Assembly (NCBI GenBank): GCA_965637545.1
Contig: OZ281494.1
Coordinates: forward strand, 15,934,001-15,998,000
Source: Phallusia mammillata
Lineage: Eukaryota
DNA: 64,000 bases
Direction: 5' to 3'
The notes under the pieces were generated by a model. The model searched no databases, had not been told where the DNA came from, and saw nothing but the letters and a program-made list of their open reading frames with translations. The translations under genes were made by a program, and so were the position numbers. Below are positions 14,387 to 27,108 of the stretch, one piece after another; the stretch's first letter is position 1; each line of letters begins with the position of its first letter.

Positions 14387-15147
14387 ATTGATCCGCTACT
14401 ACAGAGCATGCATAGCTGCTGACAGTTTCGGTTTTGACCAAATCTCTTCTGTAGATGTAATATCTTCCGGTATGTCTCATCAATTCTAAAATGCTTTAGG
14501 AAACTGTATGCACCTACATACTGGTAACGCTTTTCCTTGTTTTTAGAAAAGCCCCGCTCTGTGAACCTCGGATTTTTCTTGGCCGCATTGAAACATTCTT
14601 TGGAAAAGTTTGTCATCACATGCTGTTAAGATTACTACTTTCTATATCGTTCATGTACACAGTAGTTTGGAAATTCACAATTTTATTTGAAGAGAAAGCG
14701 AGAACCAAACAGACGCGATAAGCATAAAAATTATGTTGCTGATATTAATAAAAAACATTGGTCACACCGATTAACTGTAAGTTGTAACTAGCCCTTTACA
14801 GTTAGATATTGCCATGAAATGTTTGCTTAAATGTATTTTTTATAATCTCAAAACATGTAATGAAATGTTGAAAATCAGTTGAGGATTAAAAGCAAACAAC
14901 ATTTTAAAGTGCTGCAAAGGATATGTTCCTTCTTGTTTCCTATCTCCTTGTGAAGATGTTTTACATCTTATGAAAACTGCAAAGAAAACAAGCAGTTCAA
15001 TTACACAAAACTAAACAATTATCTGCAATTCGCTCAATTCTAAAGAACAGTAAAAAAAAGTGGATAATTTGTGCCCAAAAGCAGATATCAGCTGAAAATG
15101 CACGTTTCCAATGACTCGTTACAACAAACAATCATCACCGAAAAAAA

Positions 15148-16088
15148 TTAACGTCGTTTCTTTACATAGTAATAGGCAGCGGCGATTGCAACTCCCAAGC
15201 CTATGACAAACACAACAGTGGCAAATCCAGTTCCTTTAGGCTTCGTTTTTTCTGTGTATTCTTCCTGTAACACATATTTAATTCTGTCAATATATTGCTT
15301 CTGTTCTACTCACAGCCAACATTTGCTTGTGGAATATTAATGCAGACTTTTTTCAATTTTTACAGTTTAGTTATATTGTAGTGCCTTTTTAATGTTCCTG
15401 TTTTGATAAAGGTGGAATTGTTATGTTAGTATGGAATGTCTAAACCCAAATTTATCACTCTTAATGATTTACACACTTATTTATCTTTACTAACTAGATT
15501 AGCTTATACAACAATGAGAAAACAAACAATTTGAAGCTTACAATTAAAATCTTCTCTGCTCCATGCCACACTTTAAGTGCAACATTCTCTCCAGCATTAA
15601 TAAACAGATCAACAGCTTCAGAATGGTTAACATCCAGCAAGGAGTTGTTGTTAATCTAGAAAATATTGTTAAATTTACTTACATTTGCTGCTTTTATTAA
15701 CAGTATTGTAAGTGATACCGATTCGGTCCATGCAAACAGATAAATATAAACACAATTGTACTTGAATTGGAAAAGCATCAACAAGTAAGTTTAAACCTCA
15801 ATAATTTTGTCGCCCTCTTTTAGCCTTCCATCTTGTGCAGCTGAACCATTTTCTCTAACTTTAGTAACAAAAATTCCTTTGTCATTTGGCAAATGAGGCT
15901 GATCTTTTCCACCACGAATGTTAAAGCCAAGTCCTGTAAAGTCGTAAGTTTAATTTTTCAAGCGATTAAATAATGTACACACAAAAGAAATTATATAAGA
16001 AACAGTAATAAAAAGCAAGAAAAAGTATGTTACCATTTGGCCCACGGTGTAACTGGAAAGAGTTGTATTCCCTCTCACTGGTACTCAT
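15148..16088 (-). CDS. SYNJ2BP: Synaptojanin-2-binding protein / OMP25 (PDZ domain, C-terminal tail anchor)
   Basis: Exons 16088-16034, 15933-15797, 15655-15542, 15264-15148. PDZ motifs [44 protein letters not shown]; C-terminal TM ([21 protein letters not shown]) followed by KKRR. Confidence 0.93.
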
Positions 16089-16747
16089 GGCAACAGATTC
16101 TCTTTTTATGCAGGTATGCAAACTAATGCTTAATACTATGAACAACAGCTTAAGGAAAATTAAGATGTTTTTGCTGTCAGAAAGGGTAACACTTTTATAC
16201 CGAAAAATGCTGATTCTTAGTCCTATTTAGGTTGGGGTGAGCTTCGGAATAACACAACATTATAACTATAATTACAAATATACGAACAAATACTGCCCAC
16301 AAGTTTCCAACCTAAATAGCACAACTCTGCAATTTAACACATTATTCAGTTGTTAGCAGAAAATTTCCTGCCATTCTGCATTTTAGTGTTAACTATCTGT
16401 ATCTGACTATCTGTATAAACAAGGGCCAAGTATACAAAAAAAATTCCTAGTTGTTTATTAAATTCACCTTCAATAAAAAAATGACCATACAAGAATATCT
16501 TTTAATATGTACAAATATCTATTCTGCAAACACTATTAAGACCAAACTTATTAGCCACCACAAAATGAGGAACTATACCAATTACCAACCAATTCAAATT
16601 AACAAGTAGTCTTGTGATATTACATGTTTGGCATCAAGAGATGAAAATTTTGGTGTAGGTTTAGCTGTCTGCAATCTGCATTATTCCACAATTTGTATTG
16701 GCACAACAATTTCGACACCGCATTGGCATTGCAATCGTGCAATGCTC

Positions 16748-17387
16748 CAGGGCTGCCAATGAGAATTTCAATAAAACCCAAGACTCACAGCAAAATAACC
16801 CAAGAATTTAAATGAAAACCCAAGATTGCAAAATGTGGTTAGAAATGCAATTAATTAGGAAATTTACTCGGTTCATTGACAAATTTTTGACAATTTACAG
16901 TCCGGAAATGCAACTTCACAAACTGGTAGGAAATGGTCAATGCCAGCAAAGGCAATATTATGTTCAATAAAATATGCAGCAATCACCAGTTCACTCTTGG
17001 CTGTTTGATGATCATAATCTGTTTTCTTTTTCATAAAATTAGTAATGTCTACAGTATATTTAGAGTTTTTATGTTTAACGAGCATTGATTTATTTGCATT
17101 TTTAAGTGTAACGATTGCTTTCCCTGTATACTTATCTAGAAAGAATTAGGGTCTAGAAAAGAGAGAAAATAAGAGATGATAAAATGGCCTAAACACTGCA
17201 GCTACCCGAAAAACTTTTCTCGTTAAAATAGTTCTTACATATATTTATTTCATCAATAAGACTCAAAACCCAAGAATTGCTATAATTTTCAAAATAAAAC
17301 CCAAGAACCCAAGACGTCAAGTAAAAACCCAAGATCTTGGGGCAAAACCCAAGATCTTGGGGCAAAACCCAAGCTTTGGCAGCCCTG
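16748..17387 (-). mobile_element. Non-autonomous hAT element with transposase remnant and subterminal repeats
   Basis: TIRs CAGGGCTGCCAA / TTGGCAGCCCTG; TSD CAATGCTC at 16740-16747 and 17388-17395. Minus-strand remnant KSELVIAAYFIEHNIAFAGIDHFLPVCEVAFPDCKLSK resembles hAT transposase; many AAAACCCAAGA motifs at both ends. Confidence 0.88.
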
Positions 17388-17947
17388 CAATGCTCATCCG
17401 CAATCGTACGAAACTATGTAAGTGTGTCAATAGAAATCTCAGAAACAGAATAATTACGTCGTGCAAGCCACTAAACCAGTTTCCTGATGAGTTATAACTA
17501 GTTATAACTTCACTCACTAACGTAAAAACGCAGAGTCTCGCAGACAGATCCTGTTATGCCCTCGAATACGACAGTTTCGATTGGCACGCAAAGTTCTTTT
17601 ATTCTGCTTGGCACTTCGCTAGATACTTGCATAGAAATACAGTACATGTATGCTGCAGGTAACTCATTTTAATGCGACAAAGTTCGTAAATAAGACGGGT
17701 AACCCCTTTGAAGAGAGGAAACTAGTAGTTAGGGCGACGTGCCTTAACATGCTGTAGGTACTACATTAACAATTGAGTAGGGACAAGGCAATGTTTCTTA
17801 ACCTTTTTTTAACTCTGTGACCACATTTAGAGGTTTTCTACACAAAGCGACTCCCACTAGAAAGTGTTCAAACCTTTACCAACAAACGTCGTACAGAAAA
17901 CTGCTTAATATTGTGGTTATGGCTCATGTCACCATAAACCTTTCAAC

Positions 17948-18314
17948 CAGGGGTGTGCAACAGGCGGCCCGCGGGCCACAATCCGCCCCGCCAAGCTATT
18001 TAGTGTGGCCCTCAGTGATTCAGCGAAAAACTGCAAATCTTCTGGAAAAACAGCAAAATTTTCCACTAGCTTTTGTTAAATCTCTAACTTACCGAATGTG
18101 ACCAATGATTCCCTTTGTCTAGTAAACAATTATTCCGTTGTGTAAGCCAGTATTGTGGCGAAACTAAGTGAAAATATAATGTAATGACGCTTTGGAAGAA
18201 TTTCAAATTTATTGTGTACATAAAAAAACAATAATTGTATGGGCCTCGCTTGATGTCCGAAACCGAAATTGCATGGTTATATGGCCCACCGACAAAAAAT
18301 GTCGCACACCCCTG
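17948..18314. mobile_element. hAT MITE (CAGGGG-type TIR)
   Basis: TIRs CAGGGGTGTGCAAC / GTCGCACACCCCTG; near-perfect TSD CTTTCAAC (17940-17947) / CTTTAAAC (18315-18322); GGCCCGCGGGCC subterminal palindrome. Confidence 0.85.
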
Positions 18315-19541
18315 CTTTAAACCATTTCATGTTTTACCGTTAACTGCAGTATTTACGATTCGTAAATAGTTTTTCCGCACAAACTTGCAAGTGCAAAACT
18401 TTTTAGCCTAAATGTATGTACTACAGATACATCTTTTAATTTCCGAATCACAACAATTCTATTTTTCGACTGCAATCAAATTTTCGTGGGATGGCTGTTT
18501 CGGCCGTATAATTTTTTTGCCATAATGGTCCCTTACCTTTTTCCCGAACACTCGCGGCAAAAAGCTAAATACATTTATGAAACGACATACCACAGAAAAC
18601 CAAAACTTTGAGTTAACAACTAGAAGATATTTTTTCCCGCGGTAGTATACCCACAACAGCAAACGAGCAGGATGGCGCGGGAATGATTCAAGGGCAATTT
18701 ATTACGTTACAAACCATATTAAAACAATACAATCAAATTGTGCGCGAACAACCGCCTTCTTTGTTACTGAAAAATGCAATAATAAGTATCATTATTTGCC
18801 GCAGTACTTTCAAGAAGCGCGGTGCTCATGGATGGATATCACAAATGTTCATGTGCGTATAGGCATAAATTATATGATGTAAAATTTTAAAGCCGAAAAC
18901 AACGATGATAAAAAATCTCCTATAGCCATCAGGCGTCCATAACGCATGCATTTTTATTTTATCTGTTCGAACCACAGTGAAACATATCATAAACTTACGC
19001 AAAACTATATTGAAAACTCATATACAGAAAAACTTATGAAAATCAGGCAGATATCATTAAACTTGCTTCTTCACTTTAGAACCGAAGTTCCCACACTTGT
19101 TTTCGAGGCTAGCGGAATAAAAAAAGAAACACGGGGGGCCATGGAACTTACAAAGCCCTAAGGAGGCGGTTAACTGAGGTCCGAAAATCGCTTTTGTTGG
19201 ACCAGGAAGCTTACCGGTTCAACACAAACTTATTTAGAGTCAAATAATAAAATTATGTGTAACACAATCTCCTCCTCTGGTAATAGTTACGTGTTTCATC
19301 ATAATAAACAAAAGAAAGGCGTTTATTCGCGCACATTGAAATTTCAACGGGATCCCCATCTTGCTGTTACAATATGACGTTACCTGCCGGCAACCATGTT
19401 CTGGACAGTTTTATAGGGAACGGAACGAAACACCGCTGTATTCTGAAAATTTACCGAAAACTAGAAAATACCGAAAAATAACTTATTTGTTTACAGCGGA
19501 AGGAAATAAAATTGTCCGAACTGGAACTAAATAATAATAAG

Positions 19542-19685
19542 ATGCAAAAATTTTTACCGTTATTCTGTTTGGTACTTGTCTCTTGCATACAACTTGCTGA
19601 CTCAGCAATTATTGTCGCCGTTAACGCCACTGATCTCTATAAACCCTGGATTGCGCTACTGGCCGTCACGGTTGAAGCAAATTGA
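19542..19685 (+). other. Orphan signal-peptide-like ORF interrupted by a transposon at codon 29
   Basis: MQKFLPLFCLVLVSCIQLADSAIIVAVNA has n/h/c-region organisation of a signal peptide and follows a CpG-enriched stretch. The last 18 codons come from the inserted element. Confidence 0.35.
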
Positions 19686-20995
19686 AGCGTAATGGCGGCT
19701 GAAAAGGAAGCCCCAAAAATGCATTGCGGGCAATGGGGAGAGAGTGGAAAAATGACGATAATTTTTGTTTTAGGCATTTGTATAGCGATTTTTGCAGATA
19801 TGATTTGTAGATTAATAGGACGCATGTATTCCAGTGTGTAATAACCTATAAATATGCGTAGATTGACTGTGATGTGTATTAGTGTATGTGTACTGGATAT
19901 ACGTTATTAAGTTAATGTTGAAATAAATCATTACTAAGTGGAAATAAATGTTTTATTATGCAATATAAGTGGTTTGCGTGCTTTTTTAAGTATTTTAGAC
20001 ATGAATCCAACAAGATGGCTACTTCCTTCACACAAGATGATGTAATTCTTTGTGTGACATTACCTTGTGCTAATCCAAACTGCTGTTTTTGACTGTTATC
20101 AAACTTCAGGAAATTCTGACCAACATGTGGAATAAAATAATATTTCAACTATTTTAACACTATTTGACTTTTTTTCTCGTTTGAGTGCATTTGGTTTGGG
20201 TCTTTATTATCTTGCCATGGTGATATTATGAAATTTTGCAATTCCATTTTACATTTATGATAAATTTGTTTCCAAACATTTCAGACATAATAGGGTTTAT
20301 ATTTCTCCAATAACCAACCTTTATTGTCTCTGGTAAAATTCCACTGGAATGTTTCAGTCTCCTCCCAAACCCTCAAGCTTTATGACACTGCAAGATTACA
20401 ATCCAGCCTTTTTCGACAACAAATACACTACAGAGGGATTGGAATCAGATTAAACATTTTGTGTGTGTATACTGTTCTACTTCCACTGTGTATGTTTTGT
20501 AATCATTTCTGACACTGCCTGTAACATGATATGCTGCACATTTTAAACTTAAACAACTTTGAGGTTGTTGTTTTTTTATTTTGTGAATGCACCATCTGTT
20601 ATAATGGTGATCATCTGACAAAAAATACAGGATATCTGTATGAACTTGGCTGGTGTATTTGTTGCCTTCCATCCTGTTTAGCAAGAATTTAAGTGATAGC
20701 TGGTGTGCAGGTGTGTTTTTGCAGAAAATTGCTTAATTAAGTAGAATAAAAACAATATTTCATGATTCTGACTGAAATAGTACATAAATAGGCAACTCAT
20801 TTGGGTAGTTAAACTTGTCCACCCTAACTGCTATGATGTCTTAAATGCATTTATATGCACATGTATCTCTTTGAGATATTAGAATTTTGTTAAGAGTTTG
20901 TAGTTTGAGAATTCACAACATTAGAAAAAATTTATTCAACACATGTTGGTTGCAAAGTGAAAAGGGTAGATTAAATGAGCTACTTGTGAGCTTAC

Positions 20996-21126
20996 TGTGA
21001 TGTATGTATTTACCGCTAGATGTCGTCCCTGAGTTATGACGTCACGTTTCGTATATAACCGTGTACCGCGTCTTAAACGTGGCAGTCAATACAGGTAACC
21101 GCTTAAAGGTGTGTGCGTTCATGACA
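20996..21126 (+). repeat. 5' LTR
   Basis: TGTGATGTATG...GTTCATGACA; no differences seen from the 3' LTR on base-by-base reading. Confidence 0.97.
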
Positions 21127-21141
21127 TGGTGTCAGAAGTGG
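21127..21141 (+). promoter_or_regulatory. Primer-binding site, complementary to a tRNA-Leu 3' end
   Basis: TGGTGTCAGAAGTGG immediately after the 5' LTR is the reverse complement of ...CCACUUCUGACACCA, the 3' end of eukaryotic tRNA-Leu(CAG/CAA). Confidence 0.75.
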
Positions 21142-21154
21142 TTTTTCAAATAAA

Positions 21155-24100
21155 ATGGAAGGTTCGTTCTCACTGCCGGAAGCTATGCAATGGAGTGGCA
21201 ATGTGTCACAAAACTGGGTTAAGTTTATTAGGGGATTTAGGCTTTATTTGACAGCTGATGGTTATGACGGAAAGGCTGCAAAAGTTAAAACATCTATGTT
21301 GCTCCACGTGTTGGGAGAGCAAGGTCAAACCATCCACTCAACATTTAAATTTGAAGAAGGACAAGAAATGCACTTTGAAACTGTGGTCAATGCCTTCGAA
21401 AGCTACTGTTGTCCGAGAAAGAATATCACCAGCGAGCGATACAGGTTTTTTTCTAGAAATCAAAATGATGGTGAAAGAATAGATGTTTTTATAACCGATT
21501 TAAAAAAACTGTCTAAAAGCTGTGATTTCGGTGAACTTTGCGACTCATTAATCCGAGACAAAATTATTATTGGTATCAAGTGTGATCAACTTCGTCAAAG
21601 TTTGCTGCGGGAAGAGGAACTAACGCTTGAAAAAGCTATTAAAATGTGCATAACAAACGAAACAGTAAGATCGCAAATGACAATGTTTCGATCAACAAAT
21701 TCTACAAGTTTTAGCTTGGATGCTGTAACGCGAACCACGTGGTAATCAATTACCAGCGCCTCGAGTTTGCAGATTCTGTGCCTTGCGACATGACGTCAGA
21801 GCGTGTCCTGCCTGGGGAAGGCGATGCTTAAAGTGTGGTGGAAGAAACCACTTCGCTCGATGTTGCAGTGCAGCTAATCACCCGCAAGCGCAACGCGCGG
21901 ATACAATTCAGACGTACAACATGCAATCTGTAAGTACTATTAGTTCACCAAAAGATTGGCTTGTTGACATTTTTGTGCTTTCATGTACACTTCGTTTTAA
22001 GATAGACACGGGAGCCCAAGTAAATATTTTGTCACGAAATGATTTTCAAAAACTTCAGGGACGTCCATATGTTTCTTCTACTAATATTCGATTGATCTCA
22101 TATACTGGCCACCATATTCCAGTTTGTGGGACAATTAGTTTAACACTTCAATACAGAGAGCAATCATTTACTCTACCATTTGTTGTTGTGGAGATTAATG
22201 CATTGCCTATTATAGGATTAAATGGAGCAGTAATTCTTGGCCTAATAAATAAACTGGAACCGATTGTCAGTGACGAACAAAATTTGCTGTCCAGCTTTTC
22301 AGATTTATTTCGAGGGTTGGGTTGTGTTCCAGGTTGTCACCGAATAAAGACCGATAGCAGAGTTTGTCCCGTAGTCCGTCCCAGCAGAAAAATTCCATTT
22401 GCACTCAAAAACAAACTACAACAGGAGCTACAAAGAATGGAAAGCATGCAAGTAATCAAAAGAATAGAAGAACCAACTAAGTGGGTGAACTCTCTTGTAA
22501 TAGTAGAAAAGAAAAACGGAAAACTAAGAGTTTGCTTAGATCCGCGAGATTTAAATAAAGCAATTTTGCGTGAGCATTTCTGTCTTCCGACTAGAGAAGA
22601 AATTATTAGTCAATTTTCAAATGCTAAAGTATTTTCTAAACTCGACGCTTTGTCAGGGTTTTGGCAAGTAAAGTTGGATGAAGATAGTTCTAAGCTTTGT
22701 ACGTTTAACACTCCGTTTGGACGGTACAGATTTTTGCGCATGCCGTTCGGCATTTGTTCTGCGCCAGAAGTGTTTCACAAGTTGGTGTACATGATGTTTG
22801 AACACATGAACGGCGTTGTAACGTCTATGGACGATATTGTGGTTTGGGGTTCAACTAAGCAGGAACATGACATGAGGCTTAAAAATGTGTTAACGGTTTT
22901 GCAACGCAATAATCTGAAACTCAATAAGGAAAAATGTGTGTTCGGTGTAGACAAGATTACTTTTCTTGGTGAAGTTGTTAGTGCTTCAGGTGTTCAACCT
23001 GATCCAAATAAAGTTCATGCAATAGAGCAACTAAAGCGTCCTCAATCTAAGGGTGACTTGCTGAAATTTTTGGGAATGGTCACGTACCTAGGTCGTTTCA
23101 TTTCCGACTTGTCTACTAAAACATCTTCTTTGCGTTTGTTATTGCATAAACGGAGCAACTGGGAGTGGACGCAAGCACACGAAATGGAATGGAGGAATTT
23201 AAAACGGCTGGTCACAACTGCCCCAGTACTTCGGTTTTTCGACCCCAAGAAATCGATCAAAATTTCGGCAGACGCATCTAAACATGGACTTGGAGCTGTA
23301 ATTTTGCAACAGCATGACAACATGTGGCAGCCAGTGGCTTATGCGGCAAGAGCTTTAACAACCGCTAAAACAAGGTATGCACAAATTGAAAAGGAATTGC
23401 TTGCCCTTTGCATGTGAAAGATTTTATCAGTATGTTTATGGTCAGAAATTTGTGGTAGAAACTGATCACAAACCTCTCATAGCGTTGTTTCTCAAGGAGT
23501 TAAATAACTGTCCGTTGCGCATTCAACGTCTAATGATCCGGTTGCAAAGATTTCATTTCACAGCAGAGTTTACTCCAGGTAAATTCATGCACACAGCTGA
23601 TTTGTTATCAAGATGTGTGGAGAACAGTGTGTCCGTCCAATCGCTTTCTTGTCATAGTGTATGTGAATATGTAGATCTAATTGTATCCGCTATTGATTGT
23701 ATGCCATTAGTTAAACAAAAGTTACAAAGTAAAACCATATGTGACGAACAGTTGCAGTTTGTCATGCGTCTTGTAAATAATGGTTGGCCTTTACATAAGC
23801 GTGCTTGTCCTGTTTTAGCAAAACCCTTTTGGGATGTCAAAAATGAACTTTCTGTTGTTGACGGTATTTTGTTTCGTGGATCTCGAATAGTTGTTCCAAT
23901 GTCTATGCGCAGTTATTTTTTAGAACGTGTGCATGAAGGCCATTTGGGTGAAGTAAAATGCAAAGGACGCGCTCGGGAAAGTATATATTGGCCTGGGTTA
24001 TCCAAAGACATATCTGGTTTGGTATCTTCCTGTGCCATTTGTGCAAAATTCAGGTCACAGCAACAACGCCAACCGTTAGAACCTCACCAAGCTCCTTCTT

Positions 24101-24858
24101 ATCCGTTTCAGAAAGTGGCAACTGACCTGTTCTATTGGAACCGAAAAATGTTTTTGGTAACAGTGGACTACTACTCCGGATATCCAGAAGTAACCCCGTT
24201 GACTACAACTTCTGCGGCGTCTGTTATAAGTGGTTTGAAAACTATTTTTTCCAGGTTTGGAATTCCCGAAACTGTTATTAGTGATAACGGTCCTCAGTTT
24301 TCTAGTGAGGAGTTTGCAAAATTCGCCGAGGAATGGGGCTTTGTTCATTTAACCTCGAGTCCACATTATCCACGATCTAACGGACTGGCTGAGAGGAGTG
24401 TCCAGACAACGAAGCAACTACTTAAAAAAGCTCACGCTAGTGTACAGGATTTTAACAAAAGTTTGTTAATATTTAGGAGTGCTCCTCTCCTTTGCGGAAA
24501 ATCACCTGCACAGCTTCTCATGGGTCGGCAAATCAGACACACGATGCCTCCGGATATCGAAACGTTAAAAAGTTCAACTTGCCGTCCGTTTGGAAAAGAA
24601 AGAAAACAACAAAAGAAGTATTATGACAGGGGAACAAGAAACATGCTGCAATTACAAGTGAACACTCCTGTAAAACTGTACAATACTCAAAACAAACTAT
24701 GGGATCAACAAGGAACTATAGAAAAACAGTTATCTCATCGCTCTTATCTTGTAAAAACTAGTGATGGTGTATTGTATCGGCGTAATCGTGTTCATTTACG
24801 TCCATTGAATGTTATTGTGAATCCTTACCCTTCGAGACGTCAGTTAAGTTCAATTTAA
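21155..24858 (+). pseudogene. Gypsy gag-pol polyprotein broken by two frameshifts
   Basis: Gag 21155-21745; zinc knuckles CRFCALRHDVRACPAWG..C..CGGRNHFARCC lie in the next frame; protease FKIDTGAQVN; RT core RMPFG..SMDDI; RNase H DASKHGLGA; integrase HEGH..C..C and D,D,E (ATD, DNG, LAERSV). Frame changes at about 21729-21742 and about 23405-23410. Confidence 0.95.
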
Positions 24859-24870
24859 ACGAAGGGAAGT

Positions 24871-25001
24871 TGTGATGTATGTATTTACCGCTAGATGTCG
24901 TCCCTGAGTTATGACGTCACGTTTCGTATATAACCGTGTACCGCGTCTTAAACGTGGCAGTCAATACAGGTAACCGCTTAAAGGTGTGTGCGTTCATGAC
25001 A
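24871..25001 (+). repeat. 3' LTR, preceded by polypurine tract GAAGGGAAG (24861-24869)
   Basis: Direct repeat of 20996-21126. Confidence 0.97.
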
Positions 25002-27108
25002 CTTACTAGATTTATGGTTTGTAACATAGAAGCAAAATAATGTTGAATCTGCTACAAAAAAACTTTTAAACAGCCATATTTTAGGTCCAAGACTTTGCTG
25101 ACAATCAAAAACAGCAGTTTGGATCAGCACAAGGTGATGCTAAATAAAGTATCACATCGTCTTGTGTGAAGAAAATAGCCATTCTTGTTGGATTTGTGTC
25201 TTAAATATTAATAAATGCATGCAAACTACTTATATTGCACAATAAAACATTTATTACCACTCAATAATGATTTATTTCAACATTAACTGAATAATGTATT
25301 CCCAGTACACATACACTAATACACATCACAATCAATCTACGCATATTTATTGGTTATTACACACTGGAATACATGCGTCCTATTAATCTACAAATCATAT
25401 CTGCAAAAATCGCTACACAAATGCCTAAAATAAAAATTATCGTCATTTTTCCACTCTCTCCCCATTGCCCGCAATGCATTTTTGGGGCTTCCTTTTGCAG
25501 CCGTCATTACGCTTCAATTTGCTTCAAAAATCACCCAACCGTTCAACGGAGTAGCGCAATCCAGTGTTTATAGAGATCAGTGGCTCTGTCCGACAAACCG
25601 TCAACAGGGGTTGTGACTTTTTCATGACACTTGTCACTGTTAGTGACAGGCGTCAATGACAGGGCTGGGGTGTCACTAAATCAGTGACAGGGCGCCATTA
25701 AATCAGTGACAGGGCAAAATCAGTGACAGGGCGTTCTTGCGTTCTTGCGATAGTATGAACACAAGCGAATTTATTAGGTCTTTGCTTGTAAGGGTTTTCT
25801 TTAAAAATTGCAAGCGGCAAAGGTTTTAAATGTAAATTTCGTGCAAAAATGTACCTCATGACTTTAATTTTTTGGTATAATCTTTAAATTCTGCAAGCAG
25901 CAAAGGTAAGTGTGTTTTTGAACATTTTTGAACTTTCATTGCCTGCCAGGCAGTCTGATGAGCTCTAACAGGGCGAAAAAGTTCAATCAATTTGTTTTAA
26001 GTAGTTTTTTTTTATTATGTAAACATGTCTAACCTCTGTTTTGTGCCACATTGTCATATCTGAATATTTAACAATATGTAATGTTATGTGCAAAAAGAGG
26101 AGATTATCTGAGTTTCCAAACAAAAAAACGTTTTGTACACATGAAGACCAACACGTTTAAAGCTGCTCAAAAAAATAGTGCATCTATAGATAATAGTGCA
26201 TCTATAATTCTATAGAATTTCCTAGCTTCAGGACAATGTTACGCGTGGTAATGTCTTTTTACCCATTTAAACTGATTCTGCCATATTTACACAAAAAATT
26301 GTTGATGTTTTTTGTTTTCTTTTTTTTTCCAGACAGCCACAAACATTTAACGATTGGAAACCCAAGATTTAAAGATAACCAAGATTAACACAAGTATTTG
26401 CTTGTTGTTATTGGTGTTTGAGGTGTTGTATTTAATTGCACCTTTGAATTGTGTGCACATATTTGTAATTTTCAATGTCTACTTGGAGATTTAAGTTGAT
26501 ACATTATATAACCAGAGATTTTAAAAAATACTGTGTTTAGACAAAATAAAGAAAAAAACAACTGCAAATGAATCACCATGTTTCGAGTTTGTTAAAAGGG
26601 GTTAAATGGCTAAAAAAACAAAATTAAGTTTAATATGGTTCATTATTTTAAAGTTATTTTGTGGCCAACTTAGCCAATTATATTCGCTCTGTGCGATAAA
26701 TTTCTAAGTGTGTTTAAATTGGTATGGATGTTTTATGTGTTTGTTAGGTTAGGAATTCCATAGGTTCTGTAATTTAAATAGCTTGTTACCTGGTAAACAA
26801 TCAAATTCATTGAGTTCGCAAATTTCATTTGGCAACATGGGCAGGAAGAGTCCAGAAGCTTTGATGAAAGCTGACCAGAAGCTCTACTGATCTTTCACAT
26901 GTATGTGTTAGAGCAATCAATAATTGTAGTTCCGTAGTGAATAATGTATTATTGATTCAATAATTCTTGTGTATAATGGTATTTTACTTTAAAATCTCTT
27001 ATTTGTTGAAATATTTTCAAGTCCGAGTCAGAAAATGCTCTTTTTGTTCATTCTACAAAAACGTTTTTATTACACACAGTGATTTGTTACCAAATGTGTT
27101 ATTTCAGG

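Larger units (their letters stand above)
20996..25001 (+). mobile_element. Ty3/Gypsy LTR retrotransposon, full length, 4.0 kb
   Basis: 131-bp LTRs (TG...CA) at 20996-21126 and 24871-25001; 5-bp TSD CTTAC at 20991-20995 and 25002-25006; PBS and PPT present; domain order gag-PR-RT-RNaseH-IN. Confidence 0.98.
19628..25582. mobile_element. Non-autonomous long-TIR DNA transposon, CACTG termini (CMC/EnSpm-like), host of the Gypsy insertion
   Basis: About 480-bp imperfect inverted repeats at roughly 19628-20110 and 25090-25582, starting CACTGATCTCTATAAAC. Flanked by GC on both sides (candidate 2-bp TSD). About 1.9 kb without the Gypsy element; no transposase ORF. Confidence 0.8.

Noticed and set aside
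13959-14489. 176-aa plus-strand ORF
   Set aside because: Begins inside a hAT terminus and is antisense to FKBP exon 1.
14287-14619. 110-aa minus-strand ORF between SYNJ2BP and FKBP
   Set aside because: No recognisable motif; it spans the CCAAT/HSE-like promoter region of FKBP, so likely a chance ORF.
18459-18662. 67-aa minus-strand ORF
   Set aside because: TTG start; contains a strong donor (AAG/GTAAGG near 18537) and is more plausibly a non-coding first exon of SYNJ2BP, which I cannot confirm.
19637-19825. Duplicated ORF MRPINLQIISAKIA (also 25373-25573)
   Set aside because: Both lie in the long TIRs of one element; the duplication reflects the TIR, not a gene.
21729-21745. Programmed gag-pol ribosomal frameshift
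   Set aside because: No slippery heptamer seen and the shift precedes the Gag zinc knuckles; a mutation or assembly indel is more likely.
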